From an uncultured delta proteobacterium (GTDB lineage Bacteria > Desulfobacterota > Binatia > UBA9968): a DNA stretch of 64,000 nucleotides. Of this stretch, positions 33,817 to 44,102 are shown one piece after another. The notes beneath the pieces were generated by a model, which saw nothing but the letters and a program-made list of their open reading frames with translations, was not told the DNA's origin and did no database searches. Where the stretch lies: NCBI GenBank assembly GCA_963727625.1, contig CAVSHR010000012.1:1-64000 (forward strand), given 5' to 3'. Position 1 is the stretch's first letter. The number at the start of each line of letters is the position of its first letter. The position numbers were made by a program, and so were the translations under genes.

Positions 33817-34014
33817 AACTGGTTAGCACCTCGCGACCCGCGTCGTAGGAAGACGGATGCGAACTCCGGCGACAGGCATTGCCGCATGCGGTCATCAGTG
33901 ACCTCGAACGCTCTCTCGCTTACTTCTTTCAGTCGCGGTTGCAAAAGACCGTTGTTCATATAGTATGCACTTCAGAAATTTGCAATCTTTTCATGCGACT
34001 CGCGTTCGGACGCC

Positions 34015-34743
34015 GTGATCGAATTTCACAAGGTTAACAAATGGTTCGGCTCGCTTCACGTCCTTAAAGATATCGCTCTCAAGATTGAAGCGGGCAACGT
34101 GGTGGTGGTCTGCGGCCCGAGCGGCAGCGGCAAGAGCACCCTGATCCGCTGCATCAACCGCCTCGAAACAATTCAGTCCGGCGACATCATCATTGACGGC
34201 CAGTCGCTCTGCGACCCTCGGCTGGACGCGGCAAAGCTGCGCGCCGACGTCGGCATGGTTTTTCAATCGTTCAATCTTTATCCGCACATGACGGTGCTGC
34301 AAAATATAACGTTGGCGCCGATAAAGGTGAAAGGCCTGTCTAAAAGCGAAGCCGAAAAGATCGCCGGCGAACTTTTGGATCGGGTCGGGATTCCGGACAA
34401 GGCCGGCGCGTATCCGGCCAACCTTTCGGGTGGACAACAGCAGCGCGTCGCCATTGCGCGCGCGCTCGCGATGAAACCGAAGGTGATGCTTTTTGACGAA
34501 CCCACGTCAGCCCTCGACCCGGAAATGATCAATGAAGTCCTGGAAGTCATGACCGACCTGGCGCGCGATGGGATGACGATGGTCGTGGTGACCCACGAAA
34601 TGGGGTTTGCCCGCCGCGTCGCTCATCGGGTGATCTTCATGGATCAGGGGCAAATCATCGAAGCCAACGAACCGGAGAAATTCTTTGCCGCCCCGGAATC
34701 GCCGCGCGCACAGCAGTTTTTGAGTAAAATTCTTTCGCACTGA
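34015..34743 (+). CDS. Polar amino acid ABC transporter ATP-binding protein (GlnQ/GltL-like)
   Basis: [48 protein letters not shown]. Confidence 0.95.
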   Translation: MIEFHKVNKWFGSLHVLKDIALKIEAGNVVVVCGPSGSGKSTLIRCINRLETIQSGDIIIDGQSLCDPRLDAAKLRADVGMVFQSFNLYPHMTVLQNITLAPIKVKGLSKSEAEKIAGELLDRVGIPDKAGAYPANLSGGQQQRVAIARALAMKPKVMLFDEPTSALDPEMINEVLEVMTDLARDGMTMVVVTHEMGFARRVAHRVIFMDQGQIIEANEPEKFFAAPESPRAQQFLSKILSH

Positions 34744-34753
34744 GGAGATCGCC

Positions 34754-35614
34754 ATGAAACACCCCCTACTTTTCGCCTGCCTTGCCGTAATGTTTTCGGT
34801 CGGCAGCACGGGTCTCGCCCGCGCCGAAAATACTCTGGAGAAAATCGCCAAAAGCGGCACTCTGACCATCGGCACACGCCGGGGGTCGCCGCCCTTCGCC
34901 TATGTCAATAGGAACAACGAGTGGGTCGGTTTCTCCATCGACTTGGTCGAAAAGGCAGTCCTGCCGTCGCTCAATAAAAAACTCAACAAGCAAATCAAAC
35001 TGGAGAAAAAAGAGTCGACGCCGCAAACACGGATTCCGCTGCTCTCGGCGAACGCCGTCGATCTCATCGCCGAAACCATGACCGACACGCAATCGCGCCG
35101 CGAAAGCGTCGACTTCAGTTTGACGTTTTTTGTCACCGGCGCGCAGTTTCTCGTGAAAAAGGGCAGCCCTATCAAAGGCATCCAATCGATTGCCAACCGA
35201 CGCATCGCGGCCCAGCAAGGCTCGACCAACGCAAAAATCATTCGCGAGCGCGTGCCCACCGCCAAGCTTCTCGAATTTCCCGACCAACCGGCTGCGTTTC
35301 AAGCGTTGGCGCAGGGCCAAGTGCAGGCCTACACCAATGACGGCATCCAGCTCGCGGGGCTGCGCGCAAAGGCACGTCGGCCCGACGAGTGGGCCGTGGT
35401 CGGCGAGTTTTTTTCCTACGAGCCCTACGGAATGGCGATGCGCAAAAACGACTCCGACTTTCGCCAGGTGGTCAACGTCAGTTTGATGGACGCCATCGCT
35501 TCAGGCCTCTATTTCCAGATTTACGACAAGTGGTTCGGGCCAAAAGGCGAAGTGCCCTACCCGCTATCCGGTGAGACCAAGCGTTTTCTGCAGATGCAGG
35601 TCGTGCCCAAGTAA
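34754..35614 (+). CDS. Polar amino acid ABC substrate-binding protein (GltI-like)
   Basis: Signal peptide, SPPFAY, GFSIDL, TRIPLL...VDL, VDFS, EPYGMAMRKND. Confidence 0.92.
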   Translation: MKHPLLFACLAVMFSVGSTGLARAENTLEKIAKSGTLTIGTRRGSPPFAYVNRNNEWVGFSIDLVEKAVLPSLNKKLNKQIKLEKKESTPQTRIPLLSANAVDLIAETMTDTQSRRESVDFSLTFFVTGAQFLVKKGSPIKGIQSIANRRIAAQQGSTNAKIIRERVPTAKLLEFPDQPAAFQALAQGQVQAYTNDGIQLAGLRAKARRPDEWAVVGEFFSYEPYGMAMRKNDSDFRQVVNVSLMDAIASGLYFQIYDKWFGPKGEVPYPLSGETKRFLQMQVVPK

Positions 35615-35698
35615 CAAGAGGCAACAGGCATCCGGCAAGAGGCAATAGTAAGAATTAAGGTTTGCAATCTTCGGCTCTTGCCTATTGCCATTTTCCCG
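35615..35698. repeat. Intergenic heptamer tandem repeat with inverted copy
   Basis: caagag|gcaacag|gcatccg|gcaagag|gcaatag ... ctcttgc|ctattgc|cattttc. Confidence 0.75.
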
Positions 35699-35700
35699 GA

Positions 35701-36426
35701 ATGACTTATCAATTCGATTGGAGCGTTCTGTGGAGCGGCCAAACCGGCACTTGGCTCTGGCAGGGCGTGTTGATTACCTTGGAACTCTCCAGCCTTGGCT
35801 GGCTGGTCGCAATTGCGCTCGGCGTCGTTTCCGGCGCGCTGCGCACCGCGCCGGTAGCGCCGCTGCGCTGGCTTGCCGCCGCCTACGTCGAATTTTTTCG
35901 TAACGTCCCATTGCTCGTATGGATGTTTTTTTGGTACTTCGGCATGCCGCCGTTATTGCCGACAGGATTGCGCGAGTGGCTTTTAGATCATGGCGCCGAG
36001 TTCTGGGCCGGCGTGTGCGCGCTCGGGGTTTACCACGGCGCGCGATTATCCGAAGTCCTTCGCGCCGGCATCCGTTCGATTCCGAAAACTCAGTTTGAGG
36101 CCGCGCTCTCGACCGGACTGACGGTACTTCAGGCGTACCGCTTGATCATCATTCCCATCGCCCTGAGGTTGATCGTTCCGCCGGCGACCAACGAAACTCT
36201 CAATCTACTGAAAAATTCGTCCGTTGCTCTGACCATCGGCGTCGCCGAGCTGACCTTTCAAACCCGTCAGATCGAAACCTACACGGCCAAGGCCTTCGAG
36301 GCGCTGGCCGCCGGAACGTTGATCTACCTGGCGCTTTGCCTCGCCATCGCCGCCATCATGGCGCGGGTAGAGCACCGCGTGGCGATACCGGGATTGATCG
36401 CCCAGAGACGAACCGGGGAGGCATGA
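35701..36426 (+). CDS. Polar amino acid ABC permease (GltJ-like)
   Basis: YVEFFRNVPLLV, EVLRAGIRSIPKTQFEAA..TGL, NLLKNSS. Confidence 0.93.
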   Translation: MTYQFDWSVLWSGQTGTWLWQGVLITLELSSLGWLVAIALGVVSGALRTAPVAPLRWLAAAYVEFFRNVPLLVWMFFWYFGMPPLLPTGLREWLLDHGAEFWAGVCALGVYHGARLSEVLRAGIRSIPKTQFEAALSTGLTVLQAYRLIIIPIALRLIVPPATNETLNLLKNSSVALTIGVAELTFQTRQIETYTAKAFEALAAGTLIYLALCLAIAAIMARVEHRVAIPGLIAQRRTGEA

Positions 36427-36427
36427 A

Positions 36428-37108
36428 ATGGATTTCCATGTCATCACCGATAACTTCTCGTTTCTCATGCTCCAGGGCTTTATTGGTTTCGGCTCCTTCG
36501 CCGGCGGCACGCTGCGCCTGGCACTGCCGGCCATCGTCCTGGGTTTCTTTCTCGGCACGGCGATCGGCCTTGCGCGCCTGTCAGGCGCTGCGTGGCTCAG
36601 CCTGCCGGCAAAAATTTACGTCGAATTGTTCCGCGGCGTCCCGTTGGTGATGGTGATCTTCTGGTTCTGGTTCATCATTCCCGCGCTGCTCGGTAAATCC
36701 CTGCCCGAATACAGCGTCGCGCTGACCGCCTTCGTCGTTTTTGAAGCGGCCTACCTGGCGGAAATTATTCGCGCGGGCATCCAGTCGGTGCCCCGCGGCC
36801 AGGTCGAAGCCGCCACGGCGACGGGGCTGAACCGCGCGTCGATGATGCGCTTTGTAATTCTGCCCCAAGCTCTGCGCAACATGATCCCCGCGCTGGTTAC
36901 ACAGTTCATTGTCTTGCTCAAAGACACATCACTGGCGTCGATCATCGGCTACGTCGATCTCACCAAAGCAGCGCAAATCGTCAATAATCGCGAGATCCGT
37001 CCGTTCGAGCTCTATCTATTTATCGCCGTCATCTATTGGCTCTGCAGTTTCGCCATGTCCAGTTACGCCAAGAGATGGGAACGAGGCGCCGGGCAAAGCA
37101 CGGCATGA
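36428..37108 (+). CDS. Polar amino acid ABC permease (GltK-like)
   Basis: YVELFRGVPL, EIIRAGIQSVPRGQVEAA, LPQALRNMIP, LKDTSL. Confidence 0.93.
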   Translation: MDFHVITDNFSFLMLQGFIGFGSFAGGTLRLALPAIVLGFFLGTAIGLARLSGAAWLSLPAKIYVELFRGVPLVMVIFWFWFIIPALLGKSLPEYSVALTAFVVFEAAYLAEIIRAGIQSVPRGQVEAATATGLNRASMMRFVILPQALRNMIPALVTQFIVLLKDTSLASIIGYVDLTKAAQIVNNREIRPFELYLFIAVIYWLCSFAMSSYAKRWERGAGQSTA

Positions 37109-37273
37109 TGACGACAACTTGATGATTTCCGGCGCGCGACAATTTCACGCATATCCCTGTTGACGGATTCGGCGGCACTGCGGTAAGTTTTGAATTATAG
37201 CTAACCTGGATTGATCGTCGCGGGAAAAATCAACCCGTCCCGCATGCGGCGCTGTCCCTCGATTACCGGTCCG

Positions 37274-38224
37274 ATGCTTTTCTTAAAAAACACGCCCATC
37301 AACCGAATCCTATCGATCCAGGAGATGATCGAGGCGATCGAGGATACCCTCAAGGAAGTTGCTCTGGGCCGCGGATTTGAGTTGCCGCGGCGCAGAATCC
37401 ATCATCCCAACCGAATGATTTTCGGTCTCTTACCCGGTTCAGTCCATGGCGTCATGGGAGCCTATCTGCAAACCGATCTCGACCGGCAACTGCACCATGA
37501 AACCGTCATCCTCTACAGCGTAGAGACCGGAGAACCTTTGATTTTGTTTCAAGACTGCTCGATCAACGAATATCGAACCGGCGCCGCTGGTGCACTCGGC
37601 GCAAAGCATCTAGCCCGCCCGAACGCGAACCGGGTCGCGGTCCTTGGCAGCGCGATTCATGCGCAAACTCAACTTGCGGCCGTTGCTGCCGTCAGAGATT
37701 TAACGGAGGTCGAGATCTATAGCCCCACGCTTGCGCATCGGCTCGAATTCGCGGCGAAAATGAGCGGCGCGCTGGAGATCGCCGTGGTTCCGGTATCGAC
37801 GGCTCAAGAAGCCGTCGATGGCGCCGATATTGTTATTGTCGCCACCGACGCAAGGACGCCGGTCATCGACGGCGACTGGCTCAAACCGGGAACTCACGTG
37901 ACCTCGATTGCCAACGGCGACAAGACGCGCACCAGACAAGAAATCGACGAAGAAACGATTCAGCGCGCCGATCCGATCTTCGTCACCTCCAAGGAAACCC
38001 TGTGCGTCAATGAGAGCGATATTTTTCGCGCGGTGCGCGACAAACTGATCTCCTGGGAACGGGTGCATGAGATATCCAGATTGCTGCTTGGCGAAGCAGC
38101 CGGTCGGACAAACGATAAACAGATTACGCTATTCAAGCTCCAGGGGACGGGTATCATGGATGTAGCCGTCGGCCGCCGCGCCTATGAAAAACTCAAGGAC
38201 AGCGATCTGGCGCAGCGCATCTGA
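37274..38224 (+). CDS. Ornithine cyclodeaminase/mu-crystallin family protein
   Basis: YRTGAAGALGAKHLAR, ADIVIVAT, WLKPGTHVTSI, GRTNDKQITLFK..G.GI.D. Confidence 0.88.
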   Translation: MLFLKNTPINRILSIQEMIEAIEDTLKEVALGRGFELPRRRIHHPNRMIFGLLPGSVHGVMGAYLQTDLDRQLHHETVILYSVETGEPLILFQDCSINEYRTGAAGALGAKHLARPNANRVAVLGSAIHAQTQLAAVAAVRDLTEVEIYSPTLAHRLEFAAKMSGALEIAVVPVSTAQEAVDGADIVIVATDARTPVIDGDWLKPGTHVTSIANGDKTRTRQEIDEETIQRADPIFVTSKETLCVNESDIFRAVRDKLISWERVHEISRLLLGEAAGRTNDKQITLFKLQGTGIMDVAVGRRAYEKLKDSDLAQRI

Positions 38225-38251
38225 CGGCTCTTACGCAATCAGGAGCAGTGC

Positions 38252-39667
38252 ATGGCCCACTATGACATGTTAGTGATCGGTTCCGGTCCCGCCGGCCAAA
38301 AGGCGGCGATTCAAGCCGCCAAGGTCGGCAAGAAAGTCGGCATCATCGAGCGCAAGAAAGTCGCCGGCGGCATTTGCATCAACATCGGCACCATCCCCAG
38401 CAAATCGCTGCGCGAAGCGGTCATGTTTCTATCCGGATTTCGCCAGCGCAACCTCTACGGCGCGAGTTACCGGGTGAAGAAAGACATCACTTTCGAAGAT
38501 CTGGCCCAGCGTTGCGATCACGTGGTCAAAGCCGAGCAAGAAATCATCCAGAATCAATTGATCAGAAACTCCGTCGAATTCATCATCGGCACCGCCTCCC
38601 TGCTCGATCCGCACCGCATCCTCATCAACCAGGAAAACGAATCCAACGAGCATACCGCCGATTATATCGTGATCGCGGTGGGCACCGAGCCCGCGCGCCC
38701 GGCGAACATTCCCTTCGATGGCGAAACCATTATCGACAGCGACGGCCTGCTTTCGCTCAAACGGCTACCGAGATCCTTGACTATCGTCGGCGGGGGCGTC
38801 ATCGGTTGCGAATATGCGTCGATCCTGGCTACTCTGGGAATTCCAGTGGTGCTGGTCGAGCGACGGCCCCGGCTGCTCGAGTTCGTCGACAGCGAGATCA
38901 TCGAAGCCTTGCAATACCAAATGCGCAACATCGGCGTCACCCTGCGCTTCAACGAAGAGGTGGTCGGCATCGAGAAATCTGCCGAAGGCTCGGTGGCGAT
39001 TCATTTGAAGAGCGGCAAAAAGATCAGCGCTCCGCTACTGGTTTACTCCATCGGCCGGGTTGGCGCGACGAAAAACTTGAACCTGGAGAGCGTCGACATT
39101 CCAACCGACTCGCGGGGCAGGATCAAAGTGAACGGGAATTTTCAGACCCCAGCCCCACATATTTACGCCGTTGGCGACGTCATCGGATTTCCGGCGCTCG
39201 CCTCGACTTCTATGCAGCAAGGACGTCACGCCGCCTGCCACGCCTTCGGCCTGAGCTGCGATACTTTCAGCCATCTGCTACCCTACGGCATCTATACGAT
39301 TCCGGAAATTTCCATGGTCGGCCGCAACGAAGACGAACTGACGCGCGACGGCATCCCCTACGAAATCGGCGTCGCGCGTTACCGCGAGATCGCCCGAGGC
39401 CAACTGATCGGCGATACCGTGGGCATGCTCAAACTCCTCTTTCACTCCGAGACCCGAGAACTGCTCGGCGTCCACGTGATCGGCGAAGGAGCCACCGAAT
39501 TGATACACATAGGCCAGGCCGTGATCGCCCACGGCGGCAAGCTCGATTACTTTGTCGACACGGTGTTTAATTACCCGACGCTGGCGGAGTGTTACAAGGT
39601 GGCGGCGCTTGCGGCGCTGAACAAATTCCCGCTCGACGGCGCCGCGTGCAATCTTGCGCCGCACTGA
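38252..39667 (+). CDS. sthA: Soluble (Si-specific) pyridine nucleotide transhydrogenase
   Basis: GSGPAG, GGICINIGTIPSKSLRE (single Cys), GDVIGFPALAS, FNYPTLAECYKVAA. Confidence 0.92.
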   Translation: MAHYDMLVIGSGPAGQKAAIQAAKVGKKVGIIERKKVAGGICINIGTIPSKSLREAVMFLSGFRQRNLYGASYRVKKDITFEDLAQRCDHVVKAEQEIIQNQLIRNSVEFIIGTASLLDPHRILINQENESNEHTADYIVIAVGTEPARPANIPFDGETIIDSDGLLSLKRLPRSLTIVGGGVIGCEYASILATLGIPVVLVERRPRLLEFVDSEIIEALQYQMRNIGVTLRFNEEVVGIEKSAEGSVAIHLKSGKKISAPLLVYSIGRVGATKNLNLESVDIPTDSRGRIKVNGNFQTPAPHIYAVGDVIGFPALASTSMQQGRHAACHAFGLSCDTFSHLLPYGIYTIPEISMVGRNEDELTRDGIPYEIGVARYREIARGQLIGDTVGMLKLLFHSETRELLGVHVIGEGATELIHIGQAVIAHGGKLDYFVDTVFNYPTLAECYKVAALAALNKFPLDGAACNLAPH

Positions 39668-39706
39668 GATCGTCGGATTCGCGATTAAGCCTGGCAACTC
39701 ACTTCT

Positions 39707-40108
39707 TCATCCCATAGTCGAAACTTTAAAAGGGTGAATCTTATAGATAACGCGGACCTCGCCCGGCGCGCGATGGGGATATTTCTCTTTGCCGAGGTAT
39801 TTTTTTGCCATCACATCGATATGCGCATCCGCGCCGTTCTCGGTGATCTCGACGACTTCGCCTCGGATCGCCAGATAGCGATAGGCATTGTCCGGATCTT
39901 GGATCGACAACGCGATACGCTTGTCGCGCCGCAAGTTCTTATCCTTGAGCCTCCCCTTCGCCGAATTGAGCCAGACCAGAGCCCCGTCGTAATCGCACCA
40001 AACCGGCGTGACCTGCGGACTGCCATCCGGCATCAGCGTGGCAACATGGGCGAAAGCGCTCTTCGTAAAAAGATCTTTGAACGAATCGGGAATAACTGCG
40101 TTCGCCAT
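39707..40108 (-). CDS. PPOX-class F420-dependent oxidoreductase
   Basis: AHVATLMPDGSPQVTPVW...K.KNLRRD.RIALSI.DPDN.YRY..IRG...KKY.G. Confidence 0.88.
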   Translation of the reverse strand: MANAVIPDSFKDLFTKSAFAHVATLMPDGSPQVTPVWCDYDGALVWLNSAKGRLKDKNLRRDKRIALSIQDPDNAYRYLAIRGEVVEITENGADAHIDVMAKKYLGKEKYPHRAPGEVRVIYKIHPFKVSTMG

Positions 40109-40139
40109 AACTCATCTCCTTTCAAAACAAGAAATGATC

Positions 40140-40787
40140 TCAGCAAAAATTTTCCGCTAGCTGGCGCAGATCATCGATCAAAAGATCCGGCCCCGCGGCG
40201 ATCAGTTCGTCTTTGTCGCCCAAGCCAAAGGTAACGCCGCAAGTAATGACCCCGGCCCGCTTCCCCGCTTCCACGTCGGTATTGCCGTCGCCGACCATAA
40301 CCGCGCCGGCGGCCGGCACCTCGAAGCGCTGCAATACCGCGTTCAGAAGCGCCGGATGCGGTTTTTTCTCCGCCGCGCTGTCGCCTCCTAAAATCATATC
40401 AAACTCGTCTTCCACGCCTAAACCGCGCAACACCGCCACGACCAACCGGTGGATTTTGTTGCTGACCACGACGCGCCGCTTGCCGCGAAAATGCGCCAGC
40501 ACCTCGCGTGCTCCGGGGTAGAGCACCGTTCGGTCGAGCAGATGTTTTTCGTAGCGATCGAGGAAGACACGCATCACTGCGAGAAAATGCGCGGGGCTTT
40601 CTTCGGGCAACGAATGCTGGAGCAAATGCTCCACGCCGCGCCCGACGTGATCGCAAACCTGCCGCTCGTCCAGCGGCGCAAGTTTGAAATGCGTCCGGGT
40701 AAAATTAACGGCATCGGCCAAGTCGTGGCCGGTATCCGCCAGAGTGCCGTCGAGGTCGAACATGATAAGATCCAGTCGCCTTTTCAT
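40140..40787 (-). CDS. HAD-family hydrolase (phosphoglycolate phosphatase-like)
   Basis: FDLDGTLADT, SNK, KKPHP, MVGDGNTDVEAG. Confidence 0.9.
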   Translation of the reverse strand: MKRRLDLIMFDLDGTLADTGHDLADAVNFTRTHFKLAPLDERQVCDHVGRGVEHLLQHSLPEESPAHFLAVMRVFLDRYEKHLLDRTVLYPGAREVLAHFRGKRRVVVSNKIHRLVVAVLRGLGVEDEFDMILGGDSAAEKKPHPALLNAVLQRFEVPAAGAVMVGDGNTDVEAGKRAGVITCGVTFGLGDKDELIAAGPDLLIDDLRQLAENFC

Positions 40788-40913
40788 TGCGGCTGATTGA
40801 AATTGAAATATCCGGCGAAGTCAACGCGGCGGCAACTCTTTACACGAGGCCGGGCAAGTGTTGTAGGTTAGCGCCAGTCGGGCGATTGGAAACAGTTGAC
40901 GTGGAGGTTGCTC

Positions 40914-41330
40914 ATGAAGCGAATTTTTAACTAGCTTGTTTTCGTATTGGCGTCCACTTTCATTGGGTTGGTGGCACAGCTCACCTCGGCCGCAGATAAA
41001 CTAAATACCTCTTACATCTCGACGACGCCCGGCTCGTCCTCGGTCCTCTGGGTTGCAAAAGAAGCAAAGATCTTTGACAAGCACGGCATCGACGCGACGG
41101 TGATTTTTATTTCCGGGAGCATCCGCGACATTCAGCCGATTCTCGCCGGCGAGATCCCGATTGGCGAAGGCGGCGGGGCCTGGACTGGCTAGCGCACAAC
41201 TCGCCGGCTGGCGGCGCCATCCAGCGCATGGTGGCGCTGCAGAAAGGCATCGTCAACTTCACCGTCGTCACCGAAGCCGGCAAAGCGCTGGCCGAAAGCC
41301 TCGGCTACCCGACCGTCGTTGATATCGTCA
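40914..41330 (+). pseudogene. Decayed NMT1/THI5-like substrate-binding protein
   Basis: GGAGG RBS + ATG, early TAG, then WVAKEAKIFDKHGIDA.VIFISGS...ILAGEI and later RMVALQKG.VNFTV; internal deletions. Confidence 0.65.
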
Positions 41331-41356
41331 CGGAAATCCGATCGGACAGAAACGTA

Positions 41357-41393
41357 TTGGACGATTTGAACATTTTGAACGGCTTGAACGGTT
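41357..41393. repeat. Nonamer tandem repeat directly after the grdA stop
   Basis: ttggacgat|ttgaacatt|ttgaacggc|ttgaacggt. Confidence 0.75.
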
Positions 41394-41849
41394 TTAGATT
41401 TTGTCCCGCGCCGCTTGCAGCACTTCATGCATCGGTTCGACATCGATCACCAGCGCGGACAGCTGCAATTTTTCCTCGCGCAATTGCTCCGGCACGTCCG
41501 ACATGACCTCTTCTTCGAGGACGTGATAAACGGGAATTTTAAGCGCCAAGCCCGCCAGCGGACCGGCATAACTCGGATCCCCTTGCGTCACGGTTTCGGC
41601 AAAGACCTCGACGCCGTTCGCTTCGCCGTTGCCCAACACCACGGTTAAATTTTCCGGACCATACTGGTCCGCCAGGCGCTTGATAACTCCTTGGTTCTCG
41701 AAGTTCATCGCGCCCGCGGCGGTTCAAACAAAACATTCGGTGGCTTGGAAGACGACCTCGTAACCGGCGCCCTCGAGACATTCCGCGATCACAGGGCCCG
41801 GCACGCCGTCCCGTTCGCCAATGGCGATGATTTTTTTGCCTTTTTGCAT
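41394..41849 (-). CDS. grdA: Glycine/sarcosine/betaine reductase selenoprotein A (151 aa, Sec42)
   Basis: GGAGG RBS, then [25 protein letters not shown]...ATECFV-TGA(41726-41724)[11 protein letters not shown]...[17 protein letters not shown]. In frame with track ORF 41394-41708. Confidence 0.92.
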
Positions 41850-41859
41850 TCGACCTCCG

Positions 41860-43293
41860 CTAAACTTCATTGCGATCCACTAAGAAAGAGCAACCGTCCG
41901 ACAACTGCGTCATGCGGCCGAGAAAGAGACTACCTTTGGCGATCAACAGGGCGTGGCGAATCCTGCCAGCGCGCAGATGATCGAGTGCGTGGCCCAGGTA
42001 AACGATTGCCGAGGGGATATGCCCCTGGGTCGGCGCATAACCGGGCATGCCGCGGGTGCGCACGAAATCCTCCATCTGGTTCTTTTGAATCTGCCCGCGC
42101 ATGACCGCCAGCGCCGCCAGGGTTAAGTAATTGGTGCGCGGCACATCACCGCTCCCCGACGGAACGGTGATCTCCGGATTGTGCAGTTCGACGCCGTAAC
42201 GGTCCACATCGGTCAATTTCATGCCGAGCTTGGCCAAGGGTTTTTCCGCCAAATATTCCGCCATCGCCTGCGGCGAGGCGCCGGCGCGGACCGGATGGAA
42301 AGCGACGGAATCGAGACGCATGCTCGGCTGGTTCGGTTTAGCCGGCGCCAAGATTGCGGCGAAGCTGCCGAGCATGTCTTCGAGAACCGGCATGTTGTTT
42401 TTCAAGTGGGAATCGAATTTCATGCCCAATTTGGCCAGAGATCCGCCGGCGACGACCGCGACTCTGTTCGCGATGCCTGCTTGAATCATACTGGCGCCAT
42501 GCACCATCGCGTACATCGGTCCGGCGCAAAACGCCTTGGTATCGCAACCCGATGCGTTGACGCAACCAACGTCCTCGGCGATCGCCTTGGCCAAGTTGCC
42601 GCCGCCGCGGTTGTAACGATCCCCGACCGCTTCTTCGGAGCAACTGATGACAAAATCGATTTCCTCCGCCTGAAGATCAAGCGCGCGCAGCACGTTGCGC
42701 AGCGAATGCGCGGCGGTCACTTTAGCGGCGAGATTTTCGAGCAACACTTCCGGAACTAAATTGGCGTCCTCGTCATGCCCCGACTCGAAAGCGCCCACTA
42801 CTTCGTCGCCGTCGTAGAGAGGCAGCGCGCCTTTATCGCAGAGCGATCGGATTTCTTGCTGCGAGCGCAGCCGCGGCGTCCGGCCGATCGCGTGGCGCGC
42901 CCCCTGTTCGCCAAACCATTTCTCCTCCAACGCGACCAGGTCGAATTGATCTGCCCCGGCGAGCAAAGCATAAAATTGGGCCTGGTCGACGAGATCGCCG
43001 AATCGGCCTTGTGGTGTCGCCCCCTCTATCAGTTTCTCGTACCAGGGCTTGGCGATCTCGGCCAATTGCTCCGGCGCGATATTTCCGATGTAAACTTGGT
43101 GCGGCGCATACGCGGTCGCCGCGGCGAAATCCCGCAGCCGTTTTGACAACTGTTCTCTCAGCTCCGGCCGCGCTTGCAGCTCCCGCTGCGGTTTCGAACC
43201 AAAACGCACGAGATCCGGCACATGGGTCAGCGAATAAGAAACACCACCAATGCCAATGCGTACGGCCTGCAAATTCAATCCTTTCGTACTCAC
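41860..43293 (-). CDS. grdC: Glycine reductase complex component C, GrdC-type subunit (thiolase/FabH-like fold)
   Basis: [83 protein letters not shown]. Confidence 0.9.
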   Translation of the reverse strand: MSTKGLNLQAVRIGIGGVSYSLTHVPDLVRFGSKPQRELQARPELREQLSKRLRDFAAATAYAPHQVYIGNIAPEQLAEIAKPWYEKLIEGATPQGRFGDLVDQAQFYALLAGADQFDLVALEEKWFGEQGARHAIGRTPRLRSQQEIRSLCDKGALPLYDGDEVVGAFESGHDEDANLVPEVLLENLAAKVTAAHSLRNVLRALDLQAEEIDFVISCSEEAVGDRYNRGGGNLAKAIAEDVGCVNASGCDTKAFCAGPMYAMVHGASMIQAGIANRVAVVAGGSLAKLGMKFDSHLKNNMPVLEDMLGSFAAILAPAKPNQPSMRLDSVAFHPVRAGASPQAMAEYLAEKPLAKLGMKLTDVDRYGVELHNPEITVPSGSGDVPRTNYLTLAALAVMRGQIQKNQMEDFVRTRGMPGYAPTQGHIPSAIVYLGHALDHLRAGRIRHALLIAKGSLFLGRMTQLSDGCSFLVDRNEV

Positions 43294-43322
43294 GCCCGTC
43301 GTCTAATGCCTGATGCCTGTCT

Positions 43323-43877
43323 TTAACCCGTAAACGCGTGATGTTTCAAGAACAGCTCGGCGTCCGGCGAACCGAAAAACACCAAGCGCACCTCTGTGAG
43401 GCTGTGATCGCGGGATAGAAACCGTTCGATAGCGCGCGAAGAAACGCTTGCCGCTTCGCTCATCGGGTAGCCGTAAACGCCGGTCGAGATCGCCGGGAAG
43501 GCGATCGTCTTCAAACCCTTCGCGACCGCCAGAGCCAATGAATTGAGGTAACATGCCGCCAGGAGATCCGCCTTCTCCCGGCCACCTCCCCCGTAAACCG
43601 GACCGACGGTATGGATGACATGCCTGGCAGTCAAATTTCCGCCTGTGGTGACCACCGCTTGGCCGGTGGGCAGGCCGTCGGGATATTGCGTCCGGCGAAT
43701 TTCGTTGCACGCCTCCAGGATCGCCCGGCCGCCAGCCCGATGAATTGCGCCGTCGACCCCGCCTCCGCCCATCAATGTGCGGTTCGCCGCATTGACGATC
43801 CCATCGACGTTTTCCTTGGTAATATCGCCGATTGTGACGCAGACACGACCCTGTAAAAAATTTCGCAATGCATCCAT
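43323..43877 (-). CDS. Macrodomain O-acetyl-ADP-ribose deacetylase (YmdB-like)
   Basis: GDIT..NVDGIVNAAN..LMGGGGVDGAIHRAGG, VIHTVGP, AFPAISTGVYGYP. Start at ATG 43877. Confidence 0.93.
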   Translation of the reverse strand: MDALRNFLQGRVCVTIGDITKENVDGIVNAANRTLMGGGGVDGAIHRAGGRAILEACNEIRRTQYPDGLPTGQAVVTTGGNLTARHVIHTVGPVYGGGGREKADLLAACYLNSLALAVAKGLKTIAFPAISTGVYGYPMSEAASVSSRAIERFLSRDHSLTEVRLVFFGSPDAELFLKHHAFTG

Positions 43878-44102
43878 GGAAACTCCTGGTTGATACTTGG
43901 TATTTGGAAGAATCACAAATTTGCCGCAAAAGTCTTTCCCGGCGTCACGAAAACGAAAATCACAGCAAGGGTGCCCCTCGGTACACGCACTTTTCGCACC
44001 TAACCTCTCTTTCGGACCTCGGTTTGGCAATTCCCTTGACTCTTCGGCGAGATTCAAGACAAAGTACGGTACCGGCGTTATACCACGGTTGCGAGGCTTC
44101 CG

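Noticed and set aside
38374-39570. Long alternative-frame and antisense ORFs (also 838-1935, 27628-28536 and others)
   Set aside because: Arg/Pro/Ala-rich shadows of real genes in GC-rich DNA, with no recognisable motifs.
21938-41393. Short repeats as a CRISPR array
   Set aside because: Units are 7-9 bp without unique spacers, and no cas genes are present.
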